A DNA stretch of 64,000 nucleotides from a candidate division WOR-3 bacterium (GTDB lineage: Bacteria > Hydrothermota > Tepidihabitantia > Tepidihabitantales > Tepidihabitantaceae). A program made the translations under genes and the position numbers. The notes under the pieces were generated by a model. That model searched no databases. It was not told where the DNA came from and saw only the letters and a program-made list of their open reading frames with translations. Location of the stretch: positions 1-64,000 of the forward strand of contig CBFGIT010000009.1 in the NCBI GenBank assembly GCA_965648905.1, read 5' to 3'. Numbering within the stretch: position 1 is the stretch's first letter; each line of letters begins with the position of its first letter. This document shows positions 59,637-64,000 of the stretch, piece after piece.

Positions 59637-60614
59637 CTATTCGACCTTCAATACCTTCAGAGTCTCCTGACCGTGGAGACCGACGATTCGACAGATGTAA
59701 GTGCCCGGCCCGACCTGACGCCCAGTCCGGTCGTGACCGTCCCAGACCGGCCGTCCCGGAGCAAGCTCGCGAATCAGACGCCCGTCAGCGGTGTAGACTG
59801 AAACGGCTCGGACCGGTCCGAGCGTTGTCGCAGGCAGGAATAGAACCCGGTCTGAGAACAGGCTGGGAAACACACTGGATGCTGTTCGAGTCCCCTCCGG
59901 CAGTGCGATGACGCCCGCGTCTTCGACCGCGGGCAGGTCGCGCACCGAGACCGCCCACATCGGCGCAAACCAGTCGCTCGTATCCTCGGCCTCGATGCGG
60001 CAGGTCCAGGTGTAACCAATGCCCGGCTCAAGCTCGATCGGCGTGCGCCAGGTCGGAAGGTCGGACCGACCATCTGCAACCAGCGTCTTGCCGTCCCAGA
60101 CCTGGAAGTGGCAAGTGGCCCGGAGCGAGGTTGGCGCGACCACGAAGACCGGCCTCCGGTTCGCTAGTACTGCGCCGTTGGCTGGCAGCTTCGGGTCTGG
60201 CGGATTGATTGCTGAACCAACCGTGAAGTACCAGTCCGGGCTGAACCACGGACTCCACCCGTTCTGGTTCCATGCCCGGCAGGACCAGTGGTAGACATGG
60301 CCGCGCTGCAAAGCCCGGCCGGCCGCGGCCACGCTCCACATCGGAACGAGGCTGTACCCCTCGGCCGCAACGCTGGCCTCCTCCATGACCCGGAACTGAT
60401 ACCAGTGACCCGGCTCGCCTGTGTCCACGACAAGTGTCGGGAAAAACGTCAGCACGGTATCACCGTCAAGGGGCGACAGCGGAGTCGGCGGATGCACGGC
60501 CTGACCCGTCGCGTCCAGACTCGGGTCGACGCCAGCCCCCGGCGCAAGAGCCGCCGGACCAGCAACTGGAATGAACCCGATGACGCCGAAACCGACAAGC
60601 AGAGCTTGTAACAT
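59637..60614 (-). CDS. Secreted protein with two FN3/Ig-like repeats and FlgD-type CTD
   Basis: PPTPLSP.DG...Y.W.CR...SPWF.P.W repeated twice; VYTADGRLIREL..WDG.D..G..VGPGTY. Confidence 0.8.
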   Translation of the reverse strand: MLQALLVGFGVIGFIPVAGPAALAPGAGVDPSLDATGQAVHPPTPLSPLDGDTVLTFFPTLVVDTGEPGHWYQFRVMEEASVAAEGYSLVPMWSVAAAGRALQRGHVYHWSCRAWNQNGWSPWFSPDWYFTVGSAINPPDPKLPANGAVLANRRPVFVVAPTSLRATCHFQVWDGKTLVADGRSDLPTWRTPIELEPGIGYTWTCRIEAEDTSDWFAPMWAVSVRDLPAVEDAGVIALPEGTRTASSVFPSLFSDRVLFLPATTLGPVRAVSVYTADGRLIRELAPGRPVWDGHDRTGRQVGPGTYICRIVGLHGQETLKVLKVE

Positions 60615-60816
60615 GGTAACCCCTTATTGACTCGGAATCTTTCCCCCGGCTCCACCACCCCCAAAATGTCGGGCCATCAGGCGCTCGCGTGCAGCTTCCT
60701 GGGTCAGGATTGCAGGTTAGTAGTCTTGAGCAACCTGATAGCCCAAACCCGACAATACGGAAATTGTATATAGTTGGTGCGTGGCCACCCAGACCACGCG
60801 CACCCCTGCCTTGCTG

Positions 60817-60834
60817 TTGCAGAGACTGTGCCAA
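60817..60834 (-). promoter_or_regulatory. Putative sigma54 (-24/-12) promoter
   Basis: Minus strand TTGGCACAGTCTCTGCAA fits TGGCAC-N5-TTGCA with one mismatch; about 200 nt upstream of ATG 60614. Confidence 0.55.
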
Positions 60835-61141
60835 GGCACGACCCGCGCCTCCCCATCGGCTAACCAACGCACACTGCGCACCTTGCCCGGCAGATAGCTC
60901 GCTCTCAACCGAGCCATAGCCCTGACCGCGAGCAACCAACTTCCGGTCGTCATCAGGCTAACCCGCTGAGCCAGGTTGGCTTGTACCCGTGCGACAGACG
61001 CCCGCACCGGACGCGCAAGTCGAAGTCATGACTCACGTATTCGAGACTGAGACGCTGGGCAGCGTCAGGTGGGAGGCGAATGACCGTCGTCCTGCCAAGC
61101 CTCTGGAGAGACAACTCCCGGTTCAGGACGCAACTTTCCAC

Positions 61142-61184
61142 TTGACCGACTCGTCTAATAGGCTATAATGACTGACCGGTCAGT
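61142..61184 (+). promoter_or_regulatory. Sigma70 promoter with adjacent TetR-type operator palindrome
   Basis: TTGACC-16bp-TATAAT followed by the perfect palindrome ACTGACCGGTCAGT (61171-61184). Confidence 0.75.
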
Positions 61185-61204
61185 ATATTCACTATCTTAA
61201 CATT

Positions 61205-61837
61205 GTGAAAGCCAAGTCAGAAGAGAAGCGTCGGGCCCTGCTTGAGGCGGCGTTCGCCGAGGTCTCGGAACACGGCTACTTCGAGACCACGGTCGACGAC
61301 ATCGCCCGGCGGGCCGGTGTGGCCAAGGGCACGCTGTACCTGTACTTCCGAGACAAGCCCGACATCTACATCGGCCTCGTGGGCTGGCTGTTGGAACAGG
61401 CGCTGGCCGTGCTCCGTACGACCGCGGCCCGCCCGATTCCAGCGCGGCAGAAGCTGGTCGAGGTCTTCGAGTCCTGGAGTCATACCGTGCTCTCGCAGCC
61501 GGCTGTCTCCGGACTGCTTTCGGTCGACAGCCTCGAAGCCACATCGCGCATGAAGGAACGGGTCATGCACGATGTCGTCCCACGCGTCCAGGAGATGGTG
61601 GATGAAATCGCAAAGATTATCGAGCAGGGAATGAGAGACGGTGAGTTCCGCCGGGTCGACGCACGGCTGGCCGCACTCACTTACCTGAGCGGGTTTCGTT
61701 CGACGATGTTTGTTGTTGCGCATCAGTGGCCGGTTCAGAACCCGGCCCGGAAGGCGCAGGAGCTTTTCTTTGAGGGTATTCTGGCCCGCTCCGGGACAGA
61801 ACGCCCGGTCGGTTCACGCAAGAAGGAGACACAGTAA
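61205..61837 (+). CDS. TetR/AcrR family transcriptional regulator
   Basis: LLEAA....SEHGYFETTVDDIARRAGVAKGTLYLYFRDK HTH. Confidence 0.95.
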   Translation: MKAKSEEKRRALLEAAFAEVSEHGYFETTVDDIARRAGVAKGTLYLYFRDKPDIYIGLVGWLLEQALAVLRTTAARPIPARQKLVEVFESWSHTVLSQPAVSGLLSVDSLEATSRMKERVMHDVVPRVQEMVDEIAKIIEQGMRDGEFRRVDARLAALTYLSGFRSTMFVVAHQWPVQNPARKAQELFFEGILARSGTERPVGSRKKETQ

Positions 61838-63213
61838 TGAGGTTTGCTCCAGAGGTCGCGATGGTGCTGCTGCTGGCCGCGGTTGGCCGCGCCGATACGC
61901 TGCACCTGAATGCTGACCGTGCGGTTGAGCTCGCCCTGACCAACAACCGTACCTTACAACTGGCCCGGGAGAAAGTGGTCGAAGCCGCGGCCGGCCGTGA
62001 CGCCGCGTTCGGCTCATTCCTGCCCCAGGTCTCGGCCACCGGCACCTACACGCGGCTGGGCAATGTCAGCGAGTTTGCCATGGGGTCGCCGGTGATGGGT
62101 AAGTTCCCCATCCCGGTTCGCGACCTTCAAGGCAACATTATCGGGTTCACCGATTCCATCCCGATGATTTCGGGCTACCGATTCGATACGATGCAGTTGG
62201 GCAGCGCGAACAACTACGCTTTGACCGGCACGGTTCAACAGACAGTTTTCACCTGGGGCAAGCTGATCAACGCCTATCGCATTGCCGGACTAAGCCTTGA
62301 CATGCAGAAGGCGGCCGCTGCCCAGGCGCAGGCCCAGGTGCGCGTGGACGCAACCCAGGCATTTTACCAGGCCCTGCTTGCCCGCAAGACCGCAGCGGTG
62401 ATGACCGACGCCTGCCGCCAGCTTGAACGGCATGTCGGCCAGGTACAGGCACTCTACGACAACGGCCTGGCCGCAAGGCTCGACGTGATGAAGGCGACGC
62501 TCGGGTTGCAGCAGATGAAGGCCCAGCTTTCTCAGATTGAGAACGGCGCCGAGCTCGCCCTAGCTGCGCTGCTGAACGTCCTAGGCGTGCCGACCGAGAC
62601 CCCGGTCGTGCTCGACGAGGACTTGCCGGCTGAGACAACGTTGGTTGAGCTGGCACCAGTGGTCGATTCGGCACTGGCACAACGACCAGAGCTTGCCCAG
62701 TTGCGCGACGCGGTACGGATGGCCGACCTTGCCGAGCGCATCGCCCGCACCGCCAACCTGCCGAACGTCTTCGTTCAGGCCAACGGCAGCTACCGCAAGC
62801 CGGTGGGATTCAGCGACGAATGGGGAAAGGACTGGAACGCGACCGTCGGAGTCTCAATGCCGCTGTTCACCGGTGGAGCCAATCTGAGCAAGCTGAAGCA
62901 GGCCCAGTCACGGAGACGGCAGGCCCAGGTTGGGTTGGCTCTGGCCGAAGAAGGAATCAGACTCGAAGTCCAGGCACAGGTCGCGGCACTGAACCAGGAA
63001 GCAAAGAACATCAGCTATCAGGCCAGGAACGTCGAAGTTGCCGACGAAGCCCTGAAGCTGGCCGAGACCCGCTATCAGAACGGCTTACTCACGAATCTTG
63101 AGTACATGGACACGCAGTTGGCTCTGACCCAGGCGCGGGTCTCGTACCTGAGCGCGCTGGCCAACTACCAGATTGCCAAAGCCAGACTGCGCAAGGCTAG
63201 CGGAGCGAACTGA
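61837..63213 (+). CDS. TolC family outer membrane efflux protein
   Basis: Signal peptide; AVELAL.NN, FLPQVS, Q.VFTWGK, RPEL, SMPLFTGG, RYQNGL..NLE..D.Q. Confidence 0.92.
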   Translation: MRFAPEVAMVLLLAAVGRADTLHLNADRAVELALTNNRTLQLAREKVVEAAAGRDAAFGSFLPQVSATGTYTRLGNVSEFAMGSPVMGKFPIPVRDLQGNIIGFTDSIPMISGYRFDTMQLGSANNYALTGTVQQTVFTWGKLINAYRIAGLSLDMQKAAAAQAQAQVRVDATQAFYQALLARKTAAVMTDACRQLERHVGQVQALYDNGLAARLDVMKATLGLQQMKAQLSQIENGAELALAALLNVLGVPTETPVVLDEDLPAETTLVELAPVVDSALAQRPELAQLRDAVRMADLAERIARTANLPNVFVQANGSYRKPVGFSDEWGKDWNATVGVSMPLFTGGANLSKLKQAQSRRRQAQVGLALAEEGIRLEVQAQVAALNQEAKNISYQARNVEVADEALKLAETRYQNGLLTNLEYMDTQLALTQARVSYLSALANYQIAKARLRKASGAN

Positions 63214-63220
63214 GGAAGAA

Positions 63221-64000
63221 ATGAACTACGATAAGAGAACATCGGAGACGAACACAGCTACTTTCAGCAGACTGACAGTCCTGGTAGCGTTGTTGGCGGT
63301 CGTTGCCGGTTGCGGGCCGCGGCGGGAAGCACGCGCCCGGTCGCTGCAGACCGTTGCCTACGAGACTGTGAAGCAACAGACCATGACCCGGACGGTCAAA
63401 CTTCTCGGCACGGTCCAGGGCGAACAGCAGGCAACCGCCTTGTCGAAGATTGCCGGTCGAGTGACCGAAGTGGTCAAGCCCGAGGGGTCGTACGTGAATG
63501 AGGGCGAGCCGATTGCCTTTGTAGTAAACGATGTCCCGGGCATGGACTACAAGCCTGGGCCGGTGACTGCGCCGGTGTCAGGTTATGTTGGTAAGGTGTA
63601 CGTTGAACCGGGCCAGTCGGTCGGACCGGGCGTACCGGTCGCAACTGTCGCCAGTTACACTGACCGGGTGCGCGTCAGAGTGAACGCGAGTGACCAGGAC
63701 CTGCGGTTCATCCGTCCGGGTGCACGGGGTGAAGTGAGCGTCGCCGCTTTCCCGGACACACTCTTCATCGGTACGGTAAGCAGGATTACGCCGGTCCTCG
63801 ACCAGGTCTCCCGCACCGCAACGGTCGAGCTGAGCGTCGACAACCGTCGCCGGCAACTGCTGCCGGGCATGGCGTGTGCAGTTCGGCTGGTACTGGAGCA
63901 ACGCGACTCGGCTCTCGTCGTTCCCCTGACCGCCCTGTTCACCAACGGCCTTTCCAAGATCGCGGTACTCGATGGGAACAGAGCTCGGTTCCGGGAGATT
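63221..64000 (+). CDS. RND efflux periplasmic adaptor subunit (3' truncated by window)
   Basis: Open frame from ATG 63221; lipobox VVAGC; SKIAGRVTEV...EG..V..GEP, VTAPVSGYV, G.V.RI.PVLD..SRT, LLPGM, VVP..AL. Confidence 0.9.
   Translation, partial: MNYDKRTSETNTATFSRLTVLVALLAVVAGCGPRREARARSLQTVAYETVKQQTMTRTVKLLGTVQGEQQATALSKIAGRVTEVVKPEGSYVNEGEPIAFVVNDVPGMDYKPGPVTAPVSGYVGKVYVEPGQSVGPGVPVATVASYTDRVRVRVNASDQDLRFIRPGARGEVSVAAFPDTLFIGTVSRITPVLDQVSRTATVELSVDNRRRQLLPGMACAVRLVLEQRDSALVVPLTALFTNGLSKIAVLDGNRARFREI

Overview
GC-rich bacterial chromosomal window with about 45 CDSs. I found no rRNA, tRNA, CRISPR array, transposase or integrase. The many signal-peptide proteins ending in T9SS/FlgD-like C-terminal domains (CTDs) with 'KGNKTxEFWRY' Kelch repeats suggest candidate phylum WOR-3 or a relative (inference). 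Content: DUF58 and BatA/vWA genes; an M20 hydrolase; a YbbR/CdaR-like gene, tsaD and an M28 peptidase; an SSS transporter with a structured leader; hisC; a ~16 kb surface-glycosylation cluster (3 GT2, 4 GT-C-like membrane proteins, 3 SAM methyltransferases, radical SAM, flippase-like gene); a tandem YncE beta-propeller array with one copy frameshifted in a G9 tract; GT4; a four-helix-bundle gene enclosed by heptamer-built inverted repeats; a coupled four-gene operon (unknown protein, two BrxD/DUF2791-like ATPases, Lhr-like helicase); a GT2-PlsY-like pair; accD; a MalK-like ATPase; more CTD proteins; and a TetR-TolC-RND adaptor operon whose adaptor lacks the alpha-hairpin. The best candidates for undescribed biology are the double-ATPase/helicase operon (BREX/Shango-related but lacking their marker genes, with a Tudor-like domain) and the repeat-flanked four-helix-bundle element. 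Pervasive apparently leaderless promoters and two structured 5' leaders are also notable. All calls are from motif recognition by eye; no searches were run.
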